Shown: in pieces, positions 36,231 through 46,638 of the stretch | Layout: each line of letters opens with the position of its first letter | Position numbering within the stretch: position 1 is the first letter of the stretch | NCBI GenBank assembly: GCA_005889275.1 | Contig: VBFI01000049.1 | Location: 7,214 to 71,213 of the forward strand | Length of the DNA stretch: 64,000 nucleotides | Direction of reading: 5' to 3' | Source: Chloroflexota bacterium | GTDB lineage: Bacteria > Chloroflexota > Limnocylindria > P2-11E | Made by a program: the position numbers and the translations under genes | The notes under the pieces: generated by a model | Database searches by the model: none | Told to the model about the DNA's origin: nothing | What the model saw: only the letters and a program-made list of their open reading frames with translations

Positions 36231-37897
36231 GAGCGCGGCGGGACGTACGCGCCGAAGACCGCGCGCAGATCGGCGCAGATCTCCCCGAGGGTCACGTCGG
36301 CCTCGACCGCGGCAAGGATGAGCGGCACGAGGTTCGCGCTCCCCCGAGCGCCCGCTGTCAGGTCGGTCCGCACCTTCTTCGCTCGTGCGCCGTCGCGGTG
36401 CGCGCGGAGGGCGGCGAGCCGCTCGCGCTGGCGCGCGACGACCGTTTCGTCGACACGGGTGATCGGGACACGCGATCGGTCCTCCGTGTCGGCGAACGCG
36501 TTCACGCCGACGATCAGCTTCTCCCCGCGCTCGATCGCCTGTTGCTGCTCGTAGGCCGAGTCCTCGATCTCGCGCTGCTGATAGCCCCGCTCGATGCCGG
36601 CGAGCGCACCGCCGAGACGGTCGATCTTCGCGATCTCCTCGTGGACGCGCCGCTCGATGTCGGCGGTGAGCGCCTCGATCGCGTACGCGCCGCCGAGCGG
36701 GTCGATGGTCTCCGCGACCCCGGACTCCTCGGCGATGATCTGCTGCGTCCGGAGCGCGACGCGGACCGACTCTTCCGTCGGCAGGCCGAGGGCCTCGTCG
36801 TACGCGTTCGTGTGGAGGGACTGGGTTCCGCCGAGCACGGCCGCGAGCGCCTCGATGGCCGTCCGGACGATGTTGTTCCGCGGCTGCTGCGCGGTCAGCG
36901 TCGAGCCCATCGTCTGGGTGTGGAACCGAAGCGCGAGCGAGGCCGCGTCCTTCGCTCCGTACCGGTCGCGCATGATCGTCGCCCAGATCCGTCTCGCCGC
37001 GCGGAACTTCGCGACCTCCTCGAGGAGCGTGCTGTGCGCGGCGAAAAAGAAGGAGAGCTGCGGCGCGAAGCGGTCGACGTCGAGGCCTCTTTCCACAGCG
37101 GAGTCCACGTACGCGATCGCGTCCGCGAAGGTGAACGCGAGCTCCTGCACGGCGTCCGCGCCCGCCTCGCGGATGTGGTAGCCGCTGATCGAGATGGGGT
37201 TCCAGCGGGGCAGCTCCGACGCGCAGTAGGCGATGAGGTCGGTCGCGAGGCGCATCGAGGGGCGCGGCGGGAAGATGTACGTACCCCGCGCGATGTACTC
37301 CTTCAGGATGTCGTTCTGCGTGGTGCCGCCGATGCGGTCCGCGGTGACGCCCTGCCGCCGCCCGACCGCCACGTACATCGCGAGGAGGATCGGCGCGGTC
37401 GCGTTGATCGTCATCGAGGTCGTGACCTCTCCGACCGGGATGCCCTCGAAGAGCCGCGAGAAGTCGTCGAGTGAGCTCACCGAGACGCCGACCTTCCCCA
37501 CCTCACCGGCGACCTCGGGATCGTCCGCGTCGTAGCCCATCTGGGTGGGAAGGTCGAACGCAACCGAGAGACCGGTTTGCCCGTGCTGCAGCAGATAGCG
37601 GTATCGGGCGTTGGATTCCTCCGCCGTCCCGAAGCCCGCGTACTGGCGCATCGTCCAGAGGCGGCCGCGGTACATCGTCGGCTGGACGCCGCGGGTGTAC
37701 GGCGGCTCGCCGGGAAGACCCGGGTCGGCTCCATCGGGATCGAAGACCGGCGGGAGCGGCGTGCCATACGTGGTCGCGAATTTCGCGCGCTCCCCAACGC
37801 GTTTGGTCGCTTCCGCGTACTTGGCGCGCTCCCATTCAGCGCGGTCGCGGCTTCGCTTCGGCACCGTGCCGATGGTACCGGCCGGTATCTTCGCCAC
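36227..37897 (-). CDS. Acyl-CoA mutase large (substrate-binding TIM-barrel) subunit without a B12 domain, paralog 1 (MCM/ICM family)
   Basis: 556 aa, ...[58 protein letters not shown].... It stops before any B12-binding domain. Confidence 0.85.
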   Translation of the reverse strand: MAKIPAGTIGTVPKRSRDRAEWERAKYAEATKRVGERAKFATTYGTPLPPVFDPDGADPGLPGEPPYTRGVQPTMYRGRLWTMRQYAGFGTAEESNARYRYLLQHGQTGLSVAFDLPTQMGYDADDPEVAGEVGKVGVSVSSLDDFSRLFEGIPVGEVTTSMTINATAPILLAMYVAVGRRQGVTADRIGGTTQNDILKEYIARGTYIFPPRPSMRLATDLIAYCASELPRWNPISISGYHIREAGADAVQELAFTFADAIAYVDSAVERGLDVDRFAPQLSFFFAAHSTLLEEVAKFRAARRIWATIMRDRYGAKDAASLALRFHTQTMGSTLTAQQPRNNIVRTAIEALAAVLGGTQSLHTNAYDEALGLPTEESVRVALRTQQIIAEESGVAETIDPLGGAYAIEALTADIERRVHEEIAKIDRLGGALAGIERGYQQREIEDSAYEQQQAIERGEKLIVGVNAFADTEDRSRVPITRVDETVVARQRERLAALRAHRDGARAKKVRTDLTAGARGSANLVPLILAAVEADVTLGEICADLRAVFGAYVPPRS

Positions 37898-37900
37898 GCG

Positions 37901-40270
37901 TTAGCGGGCCCTGAAGACGAGCGTTCCCTCGAGCTTGCCGAGACGATCGCGCGAGAAGCGCATCGGCTTGTAGTCACCGGCCGCCCAGAGCGGCGTCTGG
38001 TCGCGCGAGAACGCCGACCCGGCCTGGCCCGATTCGCCGACCGGGATGATCGAGACGGAACGGTCGAGGTCCGCGAGGTCCGCGATCATCCGTTCGGAGG
38101 GATGGGTGATCACCGCGTACGGCTTGGCGAGCGAGTACGTCTCCTTGTTGACCGAGTTCTCGTCGCCGGGACGGCGCAGCGGACCGACGTTCAGCAGCAG
38201 GGCGAGCGGACCGACCGCCAGCGGATGCGCGAACGTGATCGTGTGCGCGTCGCCCCACCGCCACGTCGCCAGATCCGGACCGAGGCGCCGCCCGAGCTCG
38301 AGGAGCGCGTCGCCGAGCGCGACGCCGGCGAGCGCGTCTCGGCCCCGCACGGCGGGGTCGCCGATCTCGGAGAACCAGGGATCGTCGGCGCGACCAACAA
38401 GCCGGTACAGCGCGGCGACAGCGCGGCCGTCGTCGAGATACTCCGTGAAGAGCGGCTCGCCGAGCTTGTCGGCGAACGTGCGCTGGACCATGTGCACGAG
38501 CCACGCCTCGTAGATCGCGGCCGCCGGCGAGTCCGCGCCAAGCGAGCCGTCCCACCCGCGCACGATGGCCTGGGCCTGGCGCCCCAGGTCGGTGCGGGGC
38601 GTCGCGGCGAGCAGCGCGTCGCGGAAACGCGCGACCGGTGAGGAGGTGAAGTCGGTCTGGAGCGCGCGGGTCGACGCGATGTCCGCCTTGCCCACCGCGT
38701 CGAGCCGTCGCGAGATGTAGGCCGCCCGGAAGCCGGGATCCCACTCGCCGACGTATCCCGCGGACTTCGGATCCGCTGAGGGCCGGTCGTTGGCGTTCAC
38801 GATCACGCCGCTCGGTGGATCGAGGATGCTCGGGTTCGCGTCCGCGGGAAGTAGCCCGGTCCAGTCGTACTCGCCGGTCCACCCCGGCGCGGGCATGCGC
38901 CCGTCGCCGGGCCGCGCGGGTAGCCGGCCCACGAGCTGATAGCCGATGTGTCCGTCGACGTCGGCGTAGCAGGTGGAGACGGCCGCGCCCTGGAAGTCCG
39001 CGGCCGCCGCGCGGAAATCGGCCCAGCTTCGCGCCCGCGCGACCTCGAGAAGCCAGTCCACGACATGGCCGGGATCGAGCGACGTCCAGCGAAGCGCGAG
39101 CTGCGCGGTCTGCCCCTTCAGCGTCGAGGTGACGATCGGTCCGTGGCGCGTGGTGACGACGTCGAGCAGGACCGGGTCCGCGCGGCCTTTCACGAGGATC
39201 TCCTCGCGGACGACGGCGGCGCTCTCGAAGGCACCGCGGTACTCATAGCGCCGTGGATCGGTCGGATCGGTCCGCTCGACGAAGAGATCCTGGGTGTCGG
39301 CGTACGCGTAGGTGAGGCTCCAGGCGATCCGGTCGTTGTGCCCGATCACGACGGCGGGCGTACCCGGGAGCGAAAAACCGACGACCTTGTAGCCGGCCCC
39401 CTCGAGCCCGATCTCGTACCAGATCCCCGGGTTGCGCACCGCGAGGTGCGGGTCGCCGGCGAGGAGCGGTTTTCCCGTGGCCGTTCGCGCGCCCGCGAGG
39501 GCCCAGCAGTTCGAGCCCGACGAGCCTCCCGCGCCGGGGACGATCTCGCGCAGGGCGGCCAGGCCGGCGTCGACCGAGCTCGTCGAAAGGAGCGGCGCGA
39601 CCAGGGCCCAGGCGTGCTCGTCGACGGCGCTCGCGGACACGCCCGACGGATCGGGCATGAGCGTGTCGAGCGCCGCGGTCCCGAGACGGAGCGCGATGTT
39701 CGCGCGAAGGATCTCCTGCGCCTCGTTCCCGGAGGCGTCGAACGTCTGGAGCTTCCCCACGACGATGGAGTCGGTCGCCGTCCAGCGATCCGGCCGGTAG
39801 CCGAGGAGCACGAACTCGAGCGGGAGCGACTCGCCGTGTTGCTCGAGGAACTTGTTCACCCCTTCGGCGTACGCGTCGAGCGCCGCGCGCCCGTCGGGCC
39901 GCAACACCAAGAGCTCCTGCGCCGCGACGCGGGCGAACCCGAGGGTGCGCATCGAGCGGTCCGCTTCGAGACCAGGCTCGCCGAGCACCTCGGCGAGGCG
40001 CCCTTCGCCGGCGCGCCGGTAGAGGTCCATCTGGAAGAGCCGGTCCTGCGCGGTGACGTACCCCTGGAGGTAGAAGAGGTCGTGCGCGTTCTGCGCGTAC
40101 ACGTGGGGGACGCCGAAGGCGTCGCGCAGCACCTCGGCCCGCTGCTCGATGCCGAGGAGGCGGTACTCGCCGTCGATCGTCGGGAGCGGCCGGTACACGA
40201 GGATGAGCCCCGTGACCACGACGCTCGCGACGAGGAGCAGCGCGCACCAGGCCGCCACCTTCGCTTTCAT
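37901..40270 (-). CDS. Penicillin amidase / acyl-homoserine-lactone acylase family (Ntn hydrolase), secreted
   Basis: 789 aa, N-terminal TM/signal, ...YLQGYVTAQDRLFQMDLYRRAGEGRLAEVLG.... Confidence 0.75.
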   Translation of the reverse strand: MKAKVAAWCALLLVASVVVTGLILVYRPLPTIDGEYRLLGIEQRAEVLRDAFGVPHVYAQNAHDLFYLQGYVTAQDRLFQMDLYRRAGEGRLAEVLGEPGLEADRSMRTLGFARVAAQELLVLRPDGRAALDAYAEGVNKFLEQHGESLPLEFVLLGYRPDRWTATDSIVVGKLQTFDASGNEAQEILRANIALRLGTAALDTLMPDPSGVSASAVDEHAWALVAPLLSTSSVDAGLAALREIVPGAGGSSGSNCWALAGARTATGKPLLAGDPHLAVRNPGIWYEIGLEGAGYKVVGFSLPGTPAVVIGHNDRIAWSLTYAYADTQDLFVERTDPTDPRRYEYRGAFESAAVVREEILVKGRADPVLLDVVTTRHGPIVTSTLKGQTAQLALRWTSLDPGHVVDWLLEVARARSWADFRAAAADFQGAAVSTCYADVDGHIGYQLVGRLPARPGDGRMPAPGWTGEYDWTGLLPADANPSILDPPSGVIVNANDRPSADPKSAGYVGEWDPGFRAAYISRRLDAVGKADIASTRALQTDFTSSPVARFRDALLAATPRTDLGRQAQAIVRGWDGSLGADSPAAAIYEAWLVHMVQRTFADKLGEPLFTEYLDDGRAVAALYRLVGRADDPWFSEIGDPAVRGRDALAGVALGDALLELGRRLGPDLATWRWGDAHTITFAHPLAVGPLALLLNVGPLRRPGDENSVNKETYSLAKPYAVITHPSERMIADLADLDRSVSIIPVGESGQAGSAFSRDQTPLWAAGDYKPMRFSRDRLGKLEGTLVFRAR

Positions 40271-40272
40271 CG

Positions 40273-40767
40273 CTACTCGCTCGCGATGACGACGAGGACG
40301 CTTCCGCCTTCCACTTTCGTACCCGCGCTCGCACCAATCTTCGTGACGCGACCCGCGGCCGGGGCGCGGAGCTCGTTCTCCATCTTCATGGCCTCCAGGG
40401 TCGCGAGTGGCGCGTCCTTCGCGACGGCGTCGCCCTCTTTCACGTGAATGGCCTTGAGGAGCCCGGGCATCGGTGCGCGAATCTCGACGCGGCCGGAGCC
40501 GGCGCGGGGGGCGCCGCCCCGTGCACGCGCGGCTCGTTCATCGACGACCGCGACGCGGACCTCGGTCCCGTTCACGTCGACGCGCATGGGATCGTGGCCG
40601 AGCAGGGTGACCTCGTGGCTCTCGCCATCGAGCGTCACGGACCAGAGCCAGCCGCGCACGATCTCGCGGACCTCGGCGGCGACGGCGCGATCGTCGATCG
40701 TGAAGCGGCCGTCGGGCGTCAGCTCGACACGAACGAGACGCTCGTCGAGCGTGACCTCGTAGCGCAT
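40273..40767 (-). CDS. Biotin carboxyl carrier protein (BCCP) of an acyl-CoA carboxylase
   Basis: C-terminus ...GDAVAKDAPLATLEAMKMENELRAPAAGRV... (biotinyl-Lys EAMKM). Confidence 0.8.
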   Translation of the reverse strand: MRYEVTLDERLVRVELTPDGRFTIDDRAVAAEVREIVRGWLWSVTLDGESHEVTLLGHDPMRVDVNGTEVRVAVVDERAARARGGAPRAGSGRVEIRAPMPGLLKAIHVKEGDAVAKDAPLATLEAMKMENELRAPAAGRVTKIGASAGTKVEGGSVLVVIASE

Positions 40768-42248
40768 CAGCGGAGCCCATCCTCACGGGCCGCGCGCGCC
40801 CAGGCCGTATCCGTGGGCGTCGCGGCGCGGCGCTCGGTCCGCGACCGCACCGCGAGGACGGCGGCGAGCGCGCCGGCGGCGGCCGCGCCGTCGGGGAGGT
40901 CGCCGCGCTCGGCGGGGGGCCAATGGGTCGGGACGTAGTCGGTGTCGTACTGCCCGGCGAGGAAGTCGGGCTCGCCCATCGCGTAACGAAGAAAGGGCAG
41001 CGCGGTCGGAACGCCGGCGACGCGCATCTCGTCGAGGGCGCGGCGCATCCGGGCGACCGCCTCGGCGCGGTCGCGGCCGTGGGCGATGACCTTCGCGAGC
41101 AGCGGGTCGTACTCGCTCGGCACGGTCATGCCGGCGAAGAGCGCGGAGTCGACGCGGACGCCCGGCCCGGCGGGCTCACGAACGAGCGCGACGATCCCGC
41201 CCGCGGGCAGGAACCCGCCGAACGAATCCTCGGCGGTGACGCGGCACTCGATCGCGGCGCCTCGGCGGACGATGTCGCCCTGCGCGAACGGCAGCGGCTC
41301 GCCCCCCGCGATGCGCAGCTGCAAGGTCACCAGATCCAGGCCCGTGACCATCTCGGTGACGGGATGCTCGACCTGCAGGCGGGTGTTCACCTCGAGGAAG
41401 TAGAAGCGCCCGTCCCCGTCGACGAGGAACTCGACCGTCCCAGCGTTGGTGTAGCGGACGGCCTTCGCGACCTTGACGGCGGCGACGCCGAGCCGACCCC
41501 GCAGCTCGTCGTCGACCGTCGGCGCGGGCGACTCCTCGACCAGCTTCTGATGCCGCCGCTGGATCGAGCAGTCGCGCTCGCCCAGCCAGACCACCTCGCC
41601 GCGCGCGTCGCCGAGGATCTGCATCTCGATGTGACGCGCGTGCGGCACCAACCGCTCGACGTAGAGGGCCGGCGCTCCGAACGCCGTCATCGCCTCGCCG
41701 GTGGCCCCCCGCCATGCGGCGGCGAACTCCGACTCGTCCGCGACCGCGCGCATGCCCTTCCCGCCGCCGCCGGCGGCGGGCTTCAGCAGCACCGGATAGC
41801 CCATGCGCTTCGCCGCGGCGCGCGCCGCCGCGACGTCGCGGAGCGGCTCGGTCCCTTCCGCGAGCGGGACGCCCGCCTCGCTCGCGACGCGGCGCGCCGC
41901 CGTCTTCTCGCCGAGGAGCCGCTGCACCGTCGCCGGCGGGCCGATGAAGACGAGGTCCGCGGCGGCGACGGCCTGGGCGAAGTCGGCGTTCTCCGCGAGA
42001 AAGCCATAGCCCGGATGGACCGCGTCGCAGCCCGCGCGTTTTGCGACCTCGATCAGCCGCGCCGCGTTGAGATAGCTCTCCTTCGGCGCGGCTCGGCCGA
42101 TGGGATAGGCGGCGTCCGCGGCTCGCACGTGGAGTGCGTCGCGGTCGACGTCGCTGTACACGGCGACCGCGCGCATCCCAAGGTCGTGACACGCGCGGAT
42201 GATCCGAAGCGCGATCTCGCCGCGATTCGCGACGAGTACGGAGGTCAA
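40767..42248 (-). CDS. accC: Biotin carboxylase subunit
   Basis: 493 aa, MTSVLVANRGEIALRIIRACHDLGMRAVAVYSDVDRDALHVRAADAAY...GYPVLLKPAAGGGGKGMR.... Confidence 0.88.
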   Translation of the reverse strand: MTSVLVANRGEIALRIIRACHDLGMRAVAVYSDVDRDALHVRAADAAYPIGRAAPKESYLNAARLIEVAKRAGCDAVHPGYGFLAENADFAQAVAAADLVFIGPPATVQRLLGEKTAARRVASEAGVPLAEGTEPLRDVAAARAAAKRMGYPVLLKPAAGGGGKGMRAVADESEFAAAWRGATGEAMTAFGAPALYVERLVPHARHIEMQILGDARGEVVWLGERDCSIQRRHQKLVEESPAPTVDDELRGRLGVAAVKVAKAVRYTNAGTVEFLVDGDGRFYFLEVNTRLQVEHPVTEMVTGLDLVTLQLRIAGGEPLPFAQGDIVRRGAAIECRVTAEDSFGGFLPAGGIVALVREPAGPGVRVDSALFAGMTVPSEYDPLLAKVIAHGRDRAEAVARMRRALDEMRVAGVPTALPFLRYAMGEPDFLAGQYDTDYVPTHWPPAERGDLPDGAAAAGALAAVLAVRSRTERRAATPTDTAWARAAREDGLR

Positions 42249-42263
42249 CGTCGCCGTGGCCCC

Positions 42264-43877
42264 CTAGAGCGGGATGTTGCCGTGCTTACGTCGCGGATTC
42301 GCTTCCCGCTTCCCAGCAAGAGAGCGTAACGCGGCGACGAGCTTGCGCCGTGTCTCGCGCGGCTCGATGACGTCGTCGACGTAGCCGCGTGCCGCGGCCA
42401 CGTACGGGTTCGCGAAGCGCTCGACGTACTCGGTGACCAGCTCGCGGCGGCGCCCATCGGGGTCCTTCGCCTTCGCGATCTCATCGCGGTAGATGACGTT
42501 CACCGCGGCTTCCGGTCCCATGACCGCGATCTCCGCCGTCGGCCAGGCGACGTTGTAGTCCCCGCGGAGGTGCTTGCTCGACATCACGTCGTACGCGCCG
42601 CCGTAGGCCTTGCGCGTGATGACCGTGAGCTTCGGCACGGTCGCCTCGGCATACGCGTAGAGAAGCTTGGCGCCGTTGCGGATGATCCCGCCGTGCTCCT
42701 GCGCGGTGCCCGGGAGGAAGCCGGGGACGTCGACGAAGGTGAGGAGCGGGATGTTGAACGCGTCGCAGAACCGGACGAACCGCCCGGCTTTGATCGATGC
42801 ATCGATGTCGAGCACCCCCGCGAGCACCATCGGCTGCTGCGCGACCACACCGATCGATCGGCCGTCGAGTCGCGCGAACGCGCAGATGATGTTCTGGGCC
42901 CAGGCCTCATGGACCTCGAGCACGTCGCCGTCGTCGACGACGCGGCGGATCACGTCCTTCATGTCGTACGGCTTCGTCGCCACATCGGGAACGAGATCGT
43001 CGAGCGCGGGGTCCTCGCGGTCGTGGGGATCGTCCGTCGCCACCACCGGTGCGGGATCGAGGTTGTTCGACGGAAGGAAGCCGATGAGGCGTCGTACCAG
43101 GGCCGCACAGCTGACCTCGTCGTCGGCCTCGAAGTGCGCGACGCCGGACTTGCGCGCGTGGACATCGGCACCGCCGAGCTCGTCGAGCGTGACGTCCTCG
43201 TGCGTCACCGTCTTCACGACGTTCGGTCCGGTGACGAACATGTAGCTCGTGTCGCGGACCATCGCGACGAAGTCGGTGATCGCCGGCGAGTACACCGCCC
43301 CGCCCGCGCAGGGACCCATGATCGCGGAGACTTGAGGGACGACCCCCGAGGCCATCACGTTCCGCAGGAAGATGTCCGCGTATCCCCCCAGGGAGACGAC
43401 GCCCTCCTGGATCCGGGCGCCGCCCGAGTCGTTGAGTCCGATGATCGGCGCGCCGTTTCGCACCGCGAGGTCCATGACCTTGCAGATCTTCTCGGCGTGC
43501 GCTTCGGCGAGTGACCCGCCGAACACCGTGAAGTCCTGTGAGAAGAGGTAGACCAGGCGACCGTCGATCCGGCCGAAACCGGTCACGACGCCGTCGCCCA
43601 TGACCCGTTCGTCGTCGGGGATGAGCTCGGTCGGCCGCGCGAGGACGAACGCGTCGAGCTCGGTGAACGAGTCCTCGTCGACGACGAGGTCGATGCGCTC
43701 GCGCGCGGTGAGCTTCCCCTTCGCATGCTGCTGCGCGATCCGCTTCTCGCCGCCGCCGCGCGCCGCCCGCGATCGGATCTGCGAGGGGCGATCGGTGATC
43801 TTCACGCGGTGAGAGTAGATGACGCCCGCGCCTCGTCGGAACTTTCCGTCCGGCCCGGCGTCATCCGCGTAGATCAA
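42264..43877 (-). CDS. Acyl-CoA carboxylase carboxyltransferase subunit (propionyl-CoA carboxylase beta-like)
   Basis: ...[37 protein letters not shown].... The true start is probably an internal GTG near 43805. Confidence 0.85.
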   Translation of the reverse strand: MIYADDAGPDGKFRRGAGVIYSHRVKITDRPSQIRSRAARGGGEKRIAQQHAKGKLTARERIDLVVDEDSFTELDAFVLARPTELIPDDERVMGDGVVTGFGRIDGRLVYLFSQDFTVFGGSLAEAHAEKICKVMDLAVRNGAPIIGLNDSGGARIQEGVVSLGGYADIFLRNVMASGVVPQVSAIMGPCAGGAVYSPAITDFVAMVRDTSYMFVTGPNVVKTVTHEDVTLDELGGADVHARKSGVAHFEADDEVSCAALVRRLIGFLPSNNLDPAPVVATDDPHDREDPALDDLVPDVATKPYDMKDVIRRVVDDGDVLEVHEAWAQNIICAFARLDGRSIGVVAQQPMVLAGVLDIDASIKAGRFVRFCDAFNIPLLTFVDVPGFLPGTAQEHGGIIRNGAKLLYAYAEATVPKLTVITRKAYGGAYDVMSSKHLRGDYNVAWPTAEIAVMGPEAAVNVIYRDEIAKAKDPDGRRRELVTEYVERFANPYVAAARGYVDDVIEPRETRRKLVAALRSLAGKREANPRRKHGNIPL

Positions 43878-43893
43878 CGGAGGGGGTCATCAG

Positions 43894-44664
43894 ATGCTCA
43901 CGCTCTTTCAGAAGAGCCTGCTTGCCACGATCGCTCTCGGCGTTCTCCTCGTCGCGTTCGTGATCGCCGCGAAGGCGCCCGCACAGGCGACGACGATCGC
44001 GCCGGCCGTGCAGGTCCCGGTGAACGCGGTCGTCCCGCAGGGGATCGTCACGACCGGTGACGCGACGGTCCGCGTGAAGCCTGACGCCGCGATCGTCACG
44101 GTGGGCGCGGTCGTCCAGGGCGCCACGGCGGACGAGGCCCAGGCGCTCCTGTCCGACCGGATCGCGAAGGTGCTGGACCGGGCGAAGGTGCTCGCGATCG
44201 CCGACGGCGATACGAAGACCGTGGCGTATCGCATCGATCCGCAATACGCGTACGAGCAAGGCAAGGCGCCGCGCCTCGTCGGGTTCCAGGCGAACCAGCA
44301 GCTCGCGCTCACCCTCCACGGGACGGACGGCGTCGGCAAGGCGCTCGACACACTGGTGCAGAACGACGGGGCGACGACGGCGACCGTGCAGTTCACGCTC
44401 CTGGACGCGAAGGCGGCGCAGGCGAGCGCCCGCGAGCAGGCGATCCAGGACGCCCGGGGGAAGGCCATCGCCATGGCCAGGACCGCCGGCGTGCAGCTCG
44501 GCAAGGTCACGAGCGTCAGCGATCTGGTCTCGTCGCCCTCCTTCGACGCGTTCAAGGCCATGATCCCCGCGCCGGGTCCGCTCGGTCCGAGCGCCGCCGC
44601 TCAGCTGCCGACCGGCCAGCTGGACGTCGTCGTCCGCGTTCAGGTCCAGTTCGAGATCGGCTGA
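43894..44664 (+). CDS. SIMPL-domain protein (DUF541, BP26/OmpP-like), signal-anchored
   Basis: 256 aa, N-terminal TM, ...VQFTLLDAKAAQASAREQAIQDARGKAIAMARTAGVQLGKV.... Confidence 0.65.
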   Translation: MLTLFQKSLLATIALGVLLVAFVIAAKAPAQATTIAPAVQVPVNAVVPQGIVTTGDATVRVKPDAAIVTVGAVVQGATADEAQALLSDRIAKVLDRAKVLAIADGDTKTVAYRIDPQYAYEQGKAPRLVGFQANQQLALTLHGTDGVGKALDTLVQNDGATTATVQFTLLDAKAAQASAREQAIQDARGKAIAMARTAGVQLGKVTSVSDLVSSPSFDAFKAMIPAPGPLGPSAAAQLPTGQLDVVVRVQVQFEIG

Positions 44665-44703
44665 GCGCTCGCGGTTGGCACGCAAGTCGCTCTGTCTTGG
44701 GGA

Positions 44704-44901
44704 GTGCAAGAGCTGAACGCGAGCGCGACCGCCGCGCAGTTCGTCGACGGCCTCGCCTACCCGATCGCGAAGGCCGACGTGCTCGCGCGGGCGCGCGAGG
44801 CCGAGCTTGCCGCGGCGATCGTCGATCAGCTGGCGGCGGTTCCCGACCGCACCTACGAGAGCGCCGAGGATCTCACGGGAGCGCTGAACGCGGCGAGCTG
44901 A
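44704..44901 (+). CDS. DUF2795 small protein
   Basis: 65 aa, ...FVDGLAYPIAKADVLARAREAELAAAIVDQLAAVPDRTYESAEDL.... Confidence 0.5.
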   Translation: MQELNASATAAQFVDGLAYPIAKADVLARAREAELAAAIVDQLAAVPDRTYESAEDLTGALNAAS

Positions 44902-44907
44902 GCCGGG

Positions 44908-45795
44908 CTAGGTCTGCGCGCTGAAGATCACGAGCGCGCGGAGCGCGAGGACGCCGAGGAGCGCGAGCAGCGGCGCCGCGACCGGCGGCCAGCCGCGCAC
45001 GCGCGATGCGAGGAACGGCACGACGATGCCGGCGAGGACGACGATCCAGAGCAGCACCCAGATCCCGAGCACCTTGGTGAGCGACCCGGCGACCGCGACC
45101 GCGACGAGGAAGAGCACGATGAGAACGGCCTCGAGGACGACGAAGTAGCGGTCGGCCCGCTCCAGACGGTAGGCCGTGTCGAGGTCGACATCGCGGCGTG
45201 AGCGGGCGAGGAAGAGCAGCAGCGCCGCCGACCCCGAGAGCGCGGACGCGAGGAAGAGACCGCCCAGGACCCAGCCGGCGTCGCTCCACACGGCCTGGTT
45301 CGAGACCGCGAGCACCACACCGGTGTAGCCGCAGATGAAGAGGCCGAGCGCGGTCCCGATCACCCCCCAGATCGTCGCCGGCAAGCCGCGGATCGCGCTT
45401 GCGAGCGACGACGCTCCGCGGATCCGTCCTGTCTCGGCCAGCGCCCCGAGGAACGAGACGAACGAGAACAGCCCGAACGCGAGCAGCGCCCACGACCCGA
45501 GGCTCATCGGGCTCCACGGTTTGAACACGAGCCCCCCTCCGCTCGTGTCGACGAGCATGTGATAGAAGAGGGTGGGCTGGCCGAGGTCGAGCGTCAGGAA
45601 GATCGGACACGGAATGAGCGCGATGAAGCTCGCGATGTACGCGATCTGGGAGGCTCGGCGGTCGCGCGGATCGCCGGCGAGGCGGAGGAGCGTGCCGATC
45701 GCGTAGCTCCCACCCGAAAGACCGCCAAAGAAGAAGTACGCGAGGATCCACCACTGCCACTCGGGTGGTGCCGCGAAGTGCTCAGCGGGGTTCAC
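44908..45795 (-). CDS. Formate dehydrogenase membrane anchor, NrfD/PsrC family
   Basis: 295 aa, about 8 predicted TM helices; overlaps the fdhB stop. Confidence 0.7.
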   Translation of the reverse strand: MNPAEHFAAPPEWQWWILAYFFFGGLSGGSYAIGTLLRLAGDPRDRRASQIAYIASFIALIPCPIFLTLDLGQPTLFYHMLVDTSGGGLVFKPWSPMSLGSWALLAFGLFSFVSFLGALAETGRIRGASSLASAIRGLPATIWGVIGTALGLFICGYTGVVLAVSNQAVWSDAGWVLGGLFLASALSGSAALLLFLARSRRDVDLDTAYRLERADRYFVVLEAVLIVLFLVAVAVAGSLTKVLGIWVLLWIVVLAGIVVPFLASRVRGWPPVAAPLLALLGVLALRALVIFSAQT

Positions 45796-46634
45796 GAGCG
45801 GCCCGTCGTCGTGTGGTCGGTCCCGCTCATCCGCCCGCTGCGGAAGGCGACAAGCCCCGCGATGAGGCCGAGGACCGCGGTCGCGACGCCGCCGACGTAT
45901 CCCGGCAGGTTGTTGCGGCTCGGGAGCGTCGCATTGGCCTCGTTCGGGAGCTTGTAGACCTCGGGCTTGTCCATCAGGAGGAAGAACGCGTTGAGCCCGC
46001 CGTACACCTTGGTGTCACGGCCGTAGAGCTGCGCCTTCTGATAGCCCGCCTTCTGAAGCGCGGCGAGGCGATCGTCGGCGACCGCGTGCAGGTCATCGAT
46101 GTATCCGAACTTGATCGACTCGGTCGGGCACGCCTTCGCGCACGCCGGCTGGAGCCCGCCCTGCAGGCGGTCGTAGCAGAGCGTGCATTTCTGCGCGACC
46201 CCGGCCTGCTCGTTGAAGCCGATCACGCCGTACGGGCACGCCGAGATGCAGTTGCGGCAGCCGTTGCAGACGTCGGGCTGGATGAACACGGTGTCGAACT
46301 CGGTGCGCACGATCGCGTTCGTCGGGCAGACCTCGAGGCACGACGCCTCCTTACAGTGCTTGCAGACGTCGCTCATCATCAGCCAGGCCTGCCCGCCGGC
46401 GATCGGGGTGGGTGTCGCGATGGTTCCCTTGTTGTCGGGGATCTGCTCGATGAACTGCACGTGCCGCCAGTTCTGCGCGTCCAGCTGGCCGGTGTTGTCG
46501 TACGAATCGGCCGTGAACGTCGCCGGATCCCCCTTGAGCTGATTCCATTCCTTGCACGCGACCTCGCACGCCTTGCAGCCGATACAGATCGACGTGTCGG
46601 TGAAGAATCCGAGCGGCTTCTCCTGCCAGGCCAT
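45792..46634 (-). CDS. fdhB: Formate dehydrogenase iron-sulfur (4x[4Fe-4S]) subunit, FdnH/FdoH-like, C-terminal TM
   Basis: 280 aa, CIGCKACEVAC...CKHCKEASCLEVCP...CNGCRNCISACP...CTLCYDRLQGGLQPACAKACP. Confidence 0.88.
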   Translation of the reverse strand: MAWQEKPLGFFTDTSICIGCKACEVACKEWNQLKGDPATFTADSYDNTGQLDAQNWRHVQFIEQIPDNKGTIATPTPIAGGQAWLMMSDVCKHCKEASCLEVCPTNAIVRTEFDTVFIQPDVCNGCRNCISACPYGVIGFNEQAGVAQKCTLCYDRLQGGLQPACAKACPTESIKFGYIDDLHAVADDRLAALQKAGYQKAQLYGRDTKVYGGLNAFFLLMDKPEVYKLPNEANATLPSRNNLPGYVGGVATAVLGLIAGLVAFRSGRMSGTDHTTTGRS

Positions 46635-46638
46635 CTTC

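Noticed and set aside
44899-44910. Possible bidirectional terminator between the DUF2795 gene and the convergent fdh operon end
   Set aside because: The 6-nt gap contains no hairpin or T-tract.
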